A DNA stretch of 64,000 bases, taken from the NCBI GenBank assembly GCA_946965045.2, contig OX337235.1, positions 3,596,001-3,660,000 of the forward strand. The letters are read 5' to 3'. Shown one piece after another: positions 23,178-33,562 of the stretch; the first letter of the stretch is position 1; every line of letters begins with the position of its first letter. The notes under the pieces are model-generated. The model ran no database searches. It was given only the letters and a program-made list of their open reading frames with translations, and was not told the DNA's origin. The stretch comes from Epithemia pelagica. Taxonomy: Eukaryota > Protista > Bacillariophyta. A program made the position numbers and the translations under genes.

Positions 23178-25142
23178 CTAAGCACTCGCATCTTCATCGA
23201 AAGTGTCATTCTTGGTCAAATCCTCCTCGGGTTCCTTATCGTCTTCTTCGGCTTGGGGCTCTTCCTCTACGTCATCTTCGTCGACCAAGCCGGTATGTTC
23301 GGTCAAGGCCGCCACACGAGCCTTGAGGAATTCCATGTCATCGGGCAATTCCTTGAGGGCAATCCTCTTGCGTTCTCGTTCCGTCATGCAATTGTAACAC
23401 TTTTCGCGACCGTCCATGTACAAGCACCAATAGGTCAAGTAGGCCAAGATCAAGACGAGCACAATTACCAAGAAACTACCCAAGACCTTGAAGCCCTTGG
23501 TATCTTCTTCAAAGAGGGCCGAAAGTCCCAAAAAGAAGAGAGGGACCACGACAAACATGACGAAAATGTATACCAAGGGGAATCCACGCCACAAACGAGT
23601 GGCACGACCCAAACGGCGAGCCGCAAACAGGGGCAACTGACGCATAAACGGGACGGGGTAAAAGATGCAGATACCGGAAATGTTGAAAAACAAGTGCGCC
23701 AAGGCCACTTGCAACGCGTCAATCGTATCGGCCACCATAGCAGCCGTAATGCCGGTCAAGGTGGTTCCAATATTGGCACCCAAGGTCAAGGGGTACATTT
23801 GTTCCAAACGAAGGGCTCCCATACCAACCAAGGGTGTCAAAGTCGAAGTGGTAATGGAGGAAGACTGCACAAGCATGGTAATACCAGCCCCAATCGCAAT
23901 GGCAACGTATCCATTCACATCCGTGGCCTTGTAGACAATACGAGTGGACATGCCGAGCAACATCTTTTGCAAAATGGCGACAATACCCAACAAGCAAGTA
24001 AACAAGATGAGAATGGCGATAAAGAACACGACACCACCGGAAACCTTGTCGTCCTGGGCGGTCGCATCTTCGGAAAAGAAGGCGGGGCAAAAGTTGTGGT
24101 CCTTGTCACAGGCAATCAAACCAAACTTTTTGCCGCAAGACTTGTAGGTGGGAGTACCTTCACATTCGTTGGGGTAAAAGTCGTCACAGGTCGCTTCGTC
24201 ATTGGCAATGGCCTTGGTAACCTTCTTGTTGGCAATAATCACACGCTTACCCAAGGGGGAAACAATCTTTTTGACCGGTCCTTCCCACTTTTCGCCTTCC
24301 TTGACTTTGGCATTCTTGACCATGGCACCAGTCAACGCGTCCAAATATCCTGTAATGACTTCCACCGGAAGAAGGATGGCGACCGACATGAAGTTAAACA
24401 TGTCATGCACGGTGGCACCGGCAAAGGCACGTTCGAGTTGGTCTCCATCACCCATTTGACCCATGGCCACAATGGTGTTGGTGACGGAGGTTCCAATATT
24501 CGCACCCATGATCATGTAAATGCCTTGTTGAACGGAAATCGTGTCACCCACCAAGGAAACAATAATCGAAGTCGTGGTAGAGGACGATTGCAAGAGAACT
24601 GTGGCGAGAATACCAATCATGAGGCCGGCAATGGGGTTGGTATCGTCTCCAAACAACTCTCCGGCACGACATCCGGACATGACTTTGGCACCGGTTCCCA
24701 GCAATTCGAGACCAAACAGGAAAAAGTAGAGGAGGAGGGCGACGCTAATGACACCAATGGCAATCAAGCCCCATTCTCCGGGCGTGTGGCAGCAGCAAGT
24801 GCGGCAAACTTCTTCCCAGGTGGCATCGCCAAATTCGTCATCGACATCAAAGTCCGCGTCTCCAAAGTGGACCGATCCAGTGACACGATCCTTGCGGGTC
24901 CGAATCTTGTGTTCTTCTGGCTTGAGGGCGTCATGGTCATCGTCCACTGGACCATCTTCATCCTGCTCGTGCGGAAACTCGTTTTGGGGATCTTCTTGTT
25001 CCTAATGAGAGTGTCGTGGAAAACAAAAGAAAACAACAGCAAGCAAGACGGTGAGTTGAGCCCATGCGCGGTTCCAATGTTTTGGCAGCTTTGAAAGAAC
25101 ACGAATTGCTCCATTGTCATGATCTTTTTGTCCACGTACCAT
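23178..25142 (-). CDS. SLC34: SLC34 Na+/Pi cotransporter, copy 3; first coding exon is ATG only, intron 25002-25139
   Basis: ATG|GTACGT...CTCATTAG|GAA joins in frame to the 589-aa ORF. Confidence 0.92.
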
Positions 25143-25430
25143 GGTACTAGGGTGTTGCTGCTTAATGCTTGTTGCCCACACAAATACACGGGGAATTTTT
25201 CAGATTCGAGGACCTCCGAATTGTGAGCTCTGTCGCTTCTTTCTTTTGTGGTTTTGAATTGTGTGCTGGAAATGGCACGTCCTCTCACTGGATTGTTTGA
25301 TGAAAAAAAGATCGCACCTTTCAACGGTGAAACCCTTTTGGTTGAGTGACAGCGTCTTCTCATCTTTTGATCTTTTGAAAACCGATAGAGTGTAAACTAC
25401 AGACGCTCCGATCTCCGATAGATAAGACTG

Positions 25431-25773
25431 CGAAGAGACGCTTGTACGACAAACATCCTTGGCACGTGCCGTTTCGGTCTGTCCGAGAGATCGCAGTCGG
25501 TTCTGTCACCGAAAACTTGGTCCGTCGGATGCTCGCCTCGCGTCGAGGAGGCGGAGCAGTCGCACCCCTGTTGTCGGTCGCGGAGTCTGGCCAGCATCGG
25601 CCACGTCACTCCACCCAGTACAGACACCGAAGAGACGCTTGGACAAACATCCTTGGCACGTGCCGTTTCGGTCTGTCCGAGAGATCGCAGTCGGTTCTGT
25701 CACCGAAAACTTGGTCCGTTGAGATTTGTAAACAAGATTCTAAATCTAAACGATAGACACATAGTTTTGCCGA
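25431..25773 (-). repeat. 3' split-direct-repeat block B1-A2-B2
   Basis: Direct comparison; a 3-nt indel between B copies and one substitution between A copies. Confidence 0.9.
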
Positions 25774-25812
25774 AGGCCTCTGAAACCAAAAAATGGCTCA
25801 AGGGGAAATTTA

Positions 25813-25929
25813 AAGATTAGCTAACTAGAATCGTTGCGATCTCGAACTCGTCTCGTAGTCGTTGCAAAGATGCTGAACCCAAGAAGAGTGAGCTCTTCTC
25901 ACGCTCCAACGACTCTGCATCAGGGTCAT
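25813..25929. repeat. 117-bp direct repeat of 33315-33431
   Basis: Three substitutions, all transitions. Confidence 0.9.
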
Positions 25930-25938
25930 TTTTTGGTG

Positions 25939-26218
25939 TCGGCAAAACTATGTGTCTATTGTTTAGATTTAGAATCTTGTTTACAAATCTCAACGGACCA
26001 AGTTTTCGGTGACAGAACCGAATGCGATATCTCGGACAGACCGAAACGGCACGTGCCAAGGATGTTTGTCGTAGTGTCTCTTCGGTGTCTGTACTGGGTG
26101 GAGTGACGTGGCCGATGCTGGCCAGACTCCGCGACCGACAACAGGGGTGCGACTGCTCCGCCTCCTCGACGCGAGGCGAGCATCCGATTTGATTCCCATA
26201 ATCGGAAGTTTTAGGATG
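25939..26218. repeat. Inverted copy of the end-to-start junction (ICR-like)
   Basis: 25939-26187 is inverted to 25525-25773 (249-bp arms, 165-nt loop); 26085-26218 is inverted to 33429-33562. Confidence 0.9.
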
Positions 26219-26268
26219 GCTCCACTACCATCAAACCCGATATTACAATCCAACGATGTCCAGCTGGG

Positions 26269-27544
26269 CTAGAAGTCGAGATGGAGAGTGGTGGGGAAGT
26301 GATGTTGGGGATCTTGGCCATTGAAGGTGTTAGAGAGGTTTTCATCTGGTGATTCGAGAGCAGTCTCGCTGTTCGTTTGAAGGGCCCGATCAACGAGGTT
26401 GTCGAGTCGGTTCCGCAGGTGTTCCAGGGAGGCGATGCGGGAAGCTGTTGTTGAGTTGTCAACATGCCGAAAGTCGGTAGTGTTGAGCATTAATTGGGCC
26501 ATGCCCGTGGTCCATTCAAGAACCTGTGGTCGGATATATTTCATGAAAGCGGTCGAACTCCATCTTCCAAGAATCATTATCTTGACGACGGAACAATCAG
26601 CCAGGAACAGGGCCATGGCGGCTCCTGATCTGAGAGAGTGCATGCCGATATCCATTGGGTGGTAGCCAAAGGCGTTGACTCCGCCGCCCAATACACAGGT
26701 TTCTCGTAACAGGTTGCGAGTATCTTCTTGTCGGACGAAGCGAGGGGGAAGGGATGGGTTGGATGGGTCAAACCAACAATTCACTGTCGTGGATGGGGGA
26801 GCTTTCGGACGGTAGTGGAGAATCCGACGAATGACGCGGCCCCAGAGAAGGACTGGGTCGAGGATGGGGTCATTCGTTCTGCTCTGAGTACGAGTTTCAG
26901 CTTTGTGGTTGTTCTTTTGGTCTCGGAACGTTATCGAGACGTACTTCGCGAGGTGGTGAAAGGTCAGCGACGACGGCTTTGAAGGTGGAGAAGTCGTAGA
27001 CGCGTGGTGGGTTGGTGAGTCTGTTGGTTCGACAACAGTGGAGCCAGAGGAAACGGAGATGTTTGGCGGTAATGGCTTTCTCTCGTTTTTCGGGGGGGGG
27101 GTCCAAATTTGACCACGCGCGATTGAGGGAGGCGACGAGGGGGTGGACGTGATGGCTGTCTTGACAGTGGCAGGGGCTCGGCGGGTCATGATGCCGGAAG
27201 CACGATGCCAAGTCTCCAATGGCTTGGCCAAGAGTGCTTGCTCGAAGAGGGTTCGAGCGGTCGCGATTCTTGGTGAATTCGGCGTCTCGGAGGGATTGCA
27301 AGAAGGAACATGCGATGCTGGCTCTGTGGTTGGGTGCTTTGATGGACTCGAGGAGTGGATCGTGACCGAATCCAATCTTGTCGAGGTGTTCTGTCCATCG
27401 CTCCCAGACTTTGTCGCGCTTTTGGTGTGCTCCTTCGGTCTTGCCAAAGAAGATTCTGGACACGCTGGCACGATCGAGGAGATCCAGCATGTAATCTCGT
27501 TGGGGAGTGGTTTGATGCAAAAATTCGCAGGAATCTGGGAACAA
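26269..27544 (-). pseudogene. Tyrosine recombinase with internal deletion and frameshift near 26960
   Basis: N-terminal frame stops resembling YR at AVVADL; the C-terminal part resumes in the RT frame at FHHLAKYVSITFRDQKN. No box-I Arg motif seen between them. Confidence 0.7.
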
Positions 27545-30402
27545 AAATTTTTGTGAAGAAAAAGGGTAAGTTCGTTATCGTTAAGACGCCAATGTCGTGA
27601 CAAGATATCTGACACATCGTTCTTGCTCCCTGGAATATGCTCGGCTTGAAGGGAGAACTTGTGGTGAAGAATAAGTTCTGTTAGCTTCTTGGAGACTTGG
27701 ACATGCAACGGCTTGTCAGATCCGAAGGATGATTTGTACATCCAGCCGACGGCGGACGAGTTGTCGGAGAGACTCAGTACGGCGGAGTTTTCTTCGATGC
27801 CATCGAACCAACAATCAACCCACATTGACACAACAATTGCGATGTATTCAAAGAGATTGTTGGTGGTGGATGATGGGTCGAGTTGGGCAAGAGCTTGGAG
27901 TCTTGCTGGGTCGATTCGGAAGCGCCATGCTCTACCGGAGCGAACCGAGTAACCGCCCATCCCTTCGGGGCAGGAGTCGGCATGGAAGAGATGGGTGGGA
28001 ACGCGACAAACCAGTCGATTGAGCGAGATGCCGTTGTGGGCATGTTGGAGGAGAGACGGCCACATTTCAAGATCCTTGGCGATGGAGTCTGGAATGGAGT
28101 ACCGATAGAATGATGGAGGGACGTCTCTGTTGGGTCGAGGACGTTTCGGATTCTTATTGGTCTCTGGTGGTTTTGCTTTCTGTTTCTGTCGGAACGCTCG
28201 TTCAATGAAGGTTTGGTACTCGCGAAGGCGAGACAACCAAAAGGATGCGTGGGGTATGCCTTTGGTGGCATGTAATAATTTTCCAATCAAACTGCGGAGG
28301 TTGTGGAAGGTGGTGCGACGGGTCTTGAGAAGATGTTGTACTTCTCGGGTCCAACCAATCAGTTTGTCTTTTGGGAGACAAAGGAGGAGTCGTCTTGTGT
28401 CAACAATCCACCCGAGAACTCGTTGTTCTTCAGCGGGTGCACCTTCGGCTTCGAGTTTGTCGGCTTCCAGCATATCTTTTCGTGTAATTGGTTCGTCCTT
28501 GGCAACTGGTCGTGTCATGAGATGGACGACGAGAGGAACGATGCTCGGACATCGGCCGAGGTGAGGGTTGGTTGCAAGGAAGACTTGTATCATATCATCC
28601 AGATATGAATCGTGAAAACCATGGGGACGAGTTGGGACGCTGACGGCCAATTCACAGGCGGGTGCAATGGGAATGGCCTCTGGGAGATATTTGGGTCCTC
28701 CAATTCCTTCTTGGAGGGGCGATTGACAAAGGTCTGGCTGCCATTCGTCGAAATCGGCCAGGTCGTTGCAGAAGTCAGTTCCAATTTCCGAGACGATGGA
28801 AAATTCATCCGGGTTGGCGGAAGCTCCAAACGTCAAGCAGAGATTGAGGTGGGCAAAGGAATTGGAGGGATCGATGGTTATATTCCTTGCTGCAACATCG
28901 CCGTCGCCGTGAACTCGGCGGTATGCTGAGGACCAATCAAACTTGCTGATAAGGATACGATCGGTGGGAAATGCCAGACGCAATGCAACGATTTGATGGA
29001 GGACTCTATCTAAACAGTGACCCATCACAAGGTCAATCAATTTGCTTTGATCAATCAAATCGTTGGTCGAGGGGCAAAATCCGAGGGAAAAGGATTGGTC
29101 GTGTGTCAAACGGTCTTTCGGAACAAGGTCGCCGTTGGCATCAATTCCCATTTGGTGGGCGACACGCATGGGACTGATTCGACTATGCTTGATGCGTTTG
29201 GCACAGTTGAATATGATTGGAAGAGAGAATCCTTTAGAAGCGTCTTTCCGGAGAACTTTCGAAAGAGCTTCAGGATTTTTCTTGCCAGAAGCGTGATTGC
29301 CGTATTCGAGGATTGCCTCGTTTTCAGCGCGTCTGGCTGGCTCGTCTTCCTCAGCTGTGAGAGGATAGGAGACACCATGCGTGATATTGTGGTGAAACCG
29401 TGACCAGTATGGGTGGCCGGCTAGGAGTGGTTCGAGAATTTGGGCTGTGCGAAATTCCGAGCCGGGTGTGATGACGGAGTCGGGGTGACTGTCGATCACT
29501 CGTTGCATGTCAAAATCAAACCGTTCAATCAGCTGTGAATTGAAGGTTGCATTGGACAAAACAACAGAATCGTCGATAGAGTGACGGAAGGGTGATGGCT
29601 TGGGGGTTGGTGGCTCGTGATCGGCGATGAAAAGCATGACAGAGAGACGGATTGGGTGGCGAATCGGTTGGAGTGGGGGAGGGGCCAGTCTTGTGGGAAA
29701 GATTTCGGAAATCTCGTTGGGAAGGTAGCATTTGCCAGAACTTGGGGAACTGAACGTCGTGTCATCTGCGATATTAAACTCACCTAGTAATTTGAAATCC
29801 GCTTGTCGAGCCTGTTCCAATCGTTTTACATTCCTTGCTAGGGGCTTGCCTGTGAAATCAGACCCGATGATCGCGGAGGAACTTCCTGGGAGAGATTCCG
29901 CGATTTGTGAGGGCAGATTTTCGGAATAAGAACTTGGGGGACTTGGGGGTCTTGTAGAAGAATCAACGGTAAGGGAATCTGTTGGGTGATCCTTGGTAGT
30001 TGGTCGGGGGTGACTGTTGGCAGTCGTGGGGCTGGAAGTGGGTGCGTCAACGGACGCGGATATCTTGGGAGCAGAATCAGACGTGATGACACATTGATTC
30101 TGAACGGACGAGATCAGATCGGAGAGTTCTCGTTGACGAGTCTCTGGATATCTTGAATAATCCTGGGTGATGTGATGAATCAAGAAAGGATTCGCAGTGC
30201 TTGGAATCTTGGGTTTGTGGTCTGACGACGGTGTCGCCAATGGGGGAAGGAAAGATGGGACAATTTCGGATGAGAGTGGTGGAGGTGGAGCAAGAGGCTT
30301 CAAGTGGGAAGAAGACTCCGCAACTATAGTATTACTATTAATGGTGGGTTGAGAGTCGTCTCGCGACAAAAGAGGAGGAATCGAAGATGAGGCAACAATC
30401 AA
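26269..30402 (-). CDS. Reverse transcriptase-RNase H, running into the YR C-terminal half
   Basis: KFDWSSAYR, LTFGASANP, YLDD; RNase H HADSC, NLFEY, SDNSSA, DILSR; then HSLRSG...GRWSS...KYIR. Confidence 0.92.
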   Translation of the reverse strand: MIVASSSIPPLLSRDDSQPTINSNTIVAESSSHLKPLAPPPPLSSEIVPSFLPPLATPSSDHKPKIPSTANPFLIHHITQDYSRYPETRQRELSDLISSVQNQCVITSDSAPKISASVDAPTSSPTTANSHPRPTTKDHPTDSLTVDSSTRPPSPPSSYSENLPSQIAESLPGSSSAIIGSDFTGKPLARNVKRLEQARQADFKLLGEFNIADDTTFSSPSSGKCYLPNEISEIFPTRLAPPPLQPIRHPIRLSVMLFIADHEPPTPKPSPFRHSIDDSVVLSNATFNSQLIERFDFDMQRVIDSHPDSVITPGSEFRTAQILEPLLAGHPYWSRFHHNITHGVSYPLTAEEDEPARRAENEAILEYGNHASGKKNPEALSKVLRKDASKGFSLPIIFNCAKRIKHSRISPMRVAHQMGIDANGDLVPKDRLTHDQSFSLGFCPSTNDLIDQSKLIDLVMGHCLDRVLHQIVALRLAFPTDRILISKFDWSSAYRRVHGDGDVAARNITIDPSNSFAHLNLCLTFGASANPDEFSIVSEIGTDFCNDLADFDEWQPDLCQSPLQEGIGGPKYLPEAIPIAPACELAVSVPTRPHGFHDSYLDDMIQVFLATNPHLGRCPSIVPLVVHLMTRPVAKDEPITRKDMLEADKLEAEGAPAEEQRVLGWIVDTRRLLLCLPKDKLIGWTREVQHLLKTRRTTFHNLRSLIGKLLHATKGIPHASFWLSRLREYQTFIERAFRQKQKAKPPETNKNPKRPRPNRDVPPSFYRYSIPDSIAKDLEMWPSLLQHAHNGISLNRLVCRVPTHLFHADSCPEGMGGYSVRSGRAWRFRIDPARLQALAQLDPSSTTNNLFEYIAIVVSMWVDCWFDGIEENSAVLSLSDNSSAVGWMYKSSFGSDKPLHVQVSKKLTELILHHKFSLQAEHIPGSKNDVSDILSRHWRLNDNELTLFLHKNFCSQIPANFCIKPLPNEITCWISSIVPACPESSLARPKEHTKSATKSGSDGQNTSTRLDSVTIHSSSPSKHPTTEPASHVPSCNPSETPNSPRIATARTLFEQALLAKPLETWHRASGIMTRRAPATVKTAITSTPSSPPSIARGQIWTPPPKNERKPLPPNISVSSGSTVVEPTDSPTHHASTTSPPSKPSSLTFHHLAKYVSITFRDQKNNHKAETRTQSRTNDPILDPVLLWGRVIRRILHYRPKAPPSTTVNCWFDPSNPSLPPRFVRQEDTRNLLRETCVLGGGVNAFGYHPMDIGMHSLRSGAAMALFLADCSVVKIMILGRWSSTAFMKYIRPQVLEWTTGMAQLMLNTTDFRHVDNSTTASRIASLEHLRNRLDNLVDRALQTNSETALESPDENLSNTFNGQDPQHHFPTTLHLDF

Positions 30403-30414
30403 CCCGTCCTGGCG

Positions 30415-33294
30415 TCAATTGTTGTTGACGTTGGCGTACGCGGAGCGGTAAAACTCGTCCATCGCCGCTTTCTTGTCATGCTTGCTGGGATCGTCATGGA
30501 GGAATTTACACTTCTTCCCTTTCTTGCAAATCCCTTTGGTGAAAAGAATATTGCAGAAATGTTGTTTCTTGTTGTTCTTTTCGACGAATGGGATGTTTGT
30601 GAGAACGCTTGGGGGAAAGACACGCATATAATTCGCATTCTCGGGAAGCCGCCAATTGGAAGGAGAATCGAAAGTGATGGGGGTCTTGGTGGTCTCAGAA
30701 TTCGACGAGGAAGAATTTTGTTGTCGCTTGGAGCTCGGGGAATCGTCATCAAAGCCACCGGATCGTTTCTTCTGGGAATTCTTCTGTTGGTTTGCCTGGA
30801 ATTTGGCTTGGAGAGCTGGAGGAAGAAAGACTAAGGTCGAACCAGTCTTGAAGGTGAAAAGAATCCAATTCACTCGCTCTTCAAAGTCCCGGAATCCCAC
30901 GTCTCCAATGGATGATGCACTCGAAAGGGTAGAGACGAATTCTTGGACGGCCTCGTCGATGGCAAACAGAAATTGGCCGAAATAAAAATCGTTGCCAGAG
31001 CTTTGTTGTTTGGCCATGATCTTGGTGCGAAACTGATGATAAAAGTTCAAGACTTTGAGGATCTGGTTCGCAATTGCTGAAGAGGCACCGCAAAGTCCTT
31101 TTGCACAAGCCCAAAAGGAACGAAGTTGTTTTTCGAATTCATCGGCGGTTCTTGGGAAGAACAAGTTGTGGTCCGAGTAAAGTTGCTGCATCTCCTTTGA
31201 CTGCTTCATGTCATTGAGATGACATAAGGAAGCGTCGTGGATTTGCTGGCGAATATTCTTGTCCAAGGTGTTGTTTGAATCTAGCCCCGGAATTGCGTAC
31301 GGGTCGAATGAAAAGGGGCTGAAACCACCAGGACAAGCCTCCGATTTCCAACGCAATCCAAGTCGTTGGATCACAGTGCATTGGCCGAAAAGGATTGTGC
31401 ACGCATTGTCGGATGGGTCGAACACTTCTGCAAGGAAAGACTCAAAGAATGTCGCTGAATTCTTTGACTTCCAAACAATCTTGATGATCGGAGACAGTTC
31501 GTCCGGGAGAGATGTTGCCTTTGGGGTAATCCATCCCAGACGTAATTGTTTTTGGGCATTCAAGGGCATGTCCCTAAACATGCTCTTGGACTCTGGAGCA
31601 GTGATATTGTCCTCATTTCCACTCTTCTTGGAAGTAACTTCTTTGATGCGTTTTGAGAGCAAGAACATTTCGGGAGAGACGAAATGAACGTTGCCTTCAT
31701 CGTCCAACATGCGAACGCCGCCTTGAGGAGAAGAACGGTCCCGCAATTGTGAAGAGTCTGGAAGAGGCAAACAATCAACCGGTGATGGTGACCGAAAGCG
31801 CACACTTGAGGAGGACCGACGAAGGGATGGGCGTCGAGGGACAGAGGACTGTTCTTGTGGGTGCGAATCGTTTTTGGGAAAGATTCGAGAACGACGATCC
31901 AACAATGTAGTATTCGCTTTCTGTGGGTCTGCAGGGATGGATGGGAAGACGGACTGCAGCTTGGGATTCTTCGGACGATGGAGAACAATCCACAAAAAAC
32001 GAATGATTGGTTCCTGAATCTGGAGAAGAGGGTAATCGATCGGCATACCGAACTTCTTGGACTCTGGGGACAGATCTCTGGAGGCTTCCCACCAGTGAAA
32101 CAAAGCCACTTTATACAATCCACTTGCAATATCTTCGAATGACACGGTAATGTCTTGGCTCGAACGGTCAGTATTGTGGAGCATCAGACCAGACAAGCAT
32201 GGAGGAAGAAGACACAAACTTGAGCATAGAAATTCACGGTCAGACTTCGAGCCAGTGTCGGAGGAGGAAGCTACGGTGAAGGTCTTGAACTTGGAGGGAT
32301 CAAATGAGAGATGGGGAACGGACGAAGAATCGGAGAAATCGTCGATCTCAACAACACAATGTTCAAGGATCTCGGCAAAGGTCGGAACATTAGGGAAAAC
32401 ATGTTCGGACAACAAAAGGGGAATGTCGTCACTGTCGATCTGAAAGGGCGGAGACTCGAATGAGATTCGGTCAAGACCATAGAATGTCGCTTGAGGATCC
32501 ACGAACGTTCCACAATCTGCAGGGCAGCAGATGTTGTGGAAGAGGAAGGGGCGTCCATTGCGAGACAAACCAAGGAATGCCAGTGGGTGGCTCTTCATCT
32601 TCGAGGTCAGCCAAACATGGAGACCGTCGGAGGAGGATAGACGATTAAAGCTGGAGCACACCTGCGACCACAAGGTAGGGTCCCGAGAAAGAGCGACGTG
32701 AAATGGCTGGAGAAAAGAGTCGCACCAGTCGATCGGGTCGACTTTTGTCAACTTTGAGAAGATATGTTCCAAGGATTTGTCTCCAAGCGAATGGAAGTCC
32801 TGCGTAAAGTAGAACTCATGGCGGTAGGCGCCTGCACGGAGAGAGGACGACGGGTTGTCGTTGTCGACGTTGTCACCATCCTTGTCGTCGACAAGGATGA
32901 AATCATCCATATCAAGGGCACTTGGAGGAGCATCTTCATCGGAGCGGGATGTGGAAGACTTGCAAACCGGAGGAGGCGGAGCCTTAAGCTTCTTGTTGTC
33001 AGACTTGGACAGGAACTTGGACTTGGAGGAGGCAACAGCATCCAAGAAGGCTTGTTCTTGGAGGTCAGCGTCAGAATCCACCGAAGAGTCATCAGCTTTA
33101 GTATGGTGATCCTTGAGGGAAGACTTGTCGGAGGCGGAAGGCTTGCGATCGCCATTCGAATCATCGGGTTGGGAGACAACCGCCGCCGCCGCGGGAGCAG
33201 ACGAAGAAGGAGAAGGGGGATCAGATCCTTTCGTCGACGTCGGCGTCTTACCAAAGAGATCCTCAAGGAAAGGGTTGGAACCGGTAAAAGTCAT
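30415..33294 (-). CDS. gag-like ORF1 with C-terminal CCCH zinc finger
   Basis: CNILFTKGICKKGKKCKFLH; first ORF of the element; ATG at 33294. Confidence 0.85.
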   Translation of the reverse strand: MTFTGSNPFLEDLFGKTPTSTKGSDPPSPSSSAPAAAAVVSQPDDSNGDRKPSASDKSSLKDHHTKADDSSVDSDADLQEQAFLDAVASSKSKFLSKSDNKKLKAPPPPVCKSSTSRSDEDAPPSALDMDDFILVDDKDGDNVDNDNPSSSLRAGAYRHEFYFTQDFHSLGDKSLEHIFSKLTKVDPIDWCDSFLQPFHVALSRDPTLWSQVCSSFNRLSSSDGLHVWLTSKMKSHPLAFLGLSRNGRPFLFHNICCPADCGTFVDPQATFYGLDRISFESPPFQIDSDDIPLLLSEHVFPNVPTFAEILEHCVVEIDDFSDSSSVPHLSFDPSKFKTFTVASSSDTGSKSDREFLCSSLCLLPPCLSGLMLHNTDRSSQDITVSFEDIASGLYKVALFHWWEASRDLSPESKKFGMPIDYPLLQIQEPIIRFLWIVLHRPKNPKLQSVFPSIPADPQKANTTLLDRRSRIFPKNDSHPQEQSSVPRRPSLRRSSSSVRFRSPSPVDCLPLPDSSQLRDRSSPQGGVRMLDDEGNVHFVSPEMFLLSKRIKEVTSKKSGNEDNITAPESKSMFRDMPLNAQKQLRLGWITPKATSLPDELSPIIKIVWKSKNSATFFESFLAEVFDPSDNACTILFGQCTVIQRLGLRWKSEACPGGFSPFSFDPYAIPGLDSNNTLDKNIRQQIHDASLCHLNDMKQSKEMQQLYSDHNLFFPRTADEFEKQLRSFWACAKGLCGASSAIANQILKVLNFYHQFRTKIMAKQQSSGNDFYFGQFLFAIDEAVQEFVSTLSSASSIGDVGFRDFEERVNWILFTFKTGSTLVFLPPALQAKFQANQQKNSQKKRSGGFDDDSPSSKRQQNSSSSNSETTKTPITFDSPSNWRLPENANYMRVFPPSVLTNIPFVEKNNKKQHFCNILFTKGICKKGKKCKFLHDDPSKHDKKAAMDEFYRSAYANVNNN

Positions 33295-33314
33295 GATGAA
33301 CAAGGTAAACTCAG

Positions 33315-33562
33315 AAGATTAGCTAACTAGAATCGTTGCGATCTCGAACTTGTCTCGTAGTCGTTGCAAAGATGCTGAACCCAAGAAGAGTGGGCTCTTC
33401 TCACGCTTCAACGACTCTGCATCAGGGTCATCCTAAAACTTCCGATTGTGGGAATCAAATCGGATGCTCGCCTCGCGTCGAGGGGGCGGAGCAGTCGCAC
33501 CCCTGTTGTCGGTCGCGGAGTCTGGCCAGCATCGGCCACGTCACTCCACCCAGTACAGACAC
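33315..33562 (-). repeat. 5' terminal repeat block of the YR element (A1 plus the 117-bp repeat)
   Basis: Matches 25525-25627 and 25813-25929 directly and 26085-26218 inverted. Confidence 0.9.

Larger units (their letters stand above)
25431..33562 (-). mobile_element. Tyrosine-recombinase retrotransposon (DIRS order, Ngaro/PAT-like split direct repeats)
   Basis: gag-like, RT, RNase H and YR coding regions. A1 33460-33562 = A2 25525-25627; B1 25628-25719 = B2 25431-25525. No TSD. Confidence 0.9.

Noticed and set aside
25431-26218. CRISPR-like array
   Set aside because: Repeats are ~100 bp retroelement termini with no unique spacers or cas genes.
27540-27700. DIRS1-type adenine methyltransferase domain after RNase H
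   Set aside because: No such motifs seen, which agrees with an Ngaro/PAT-like rather than DIRS1-like element.
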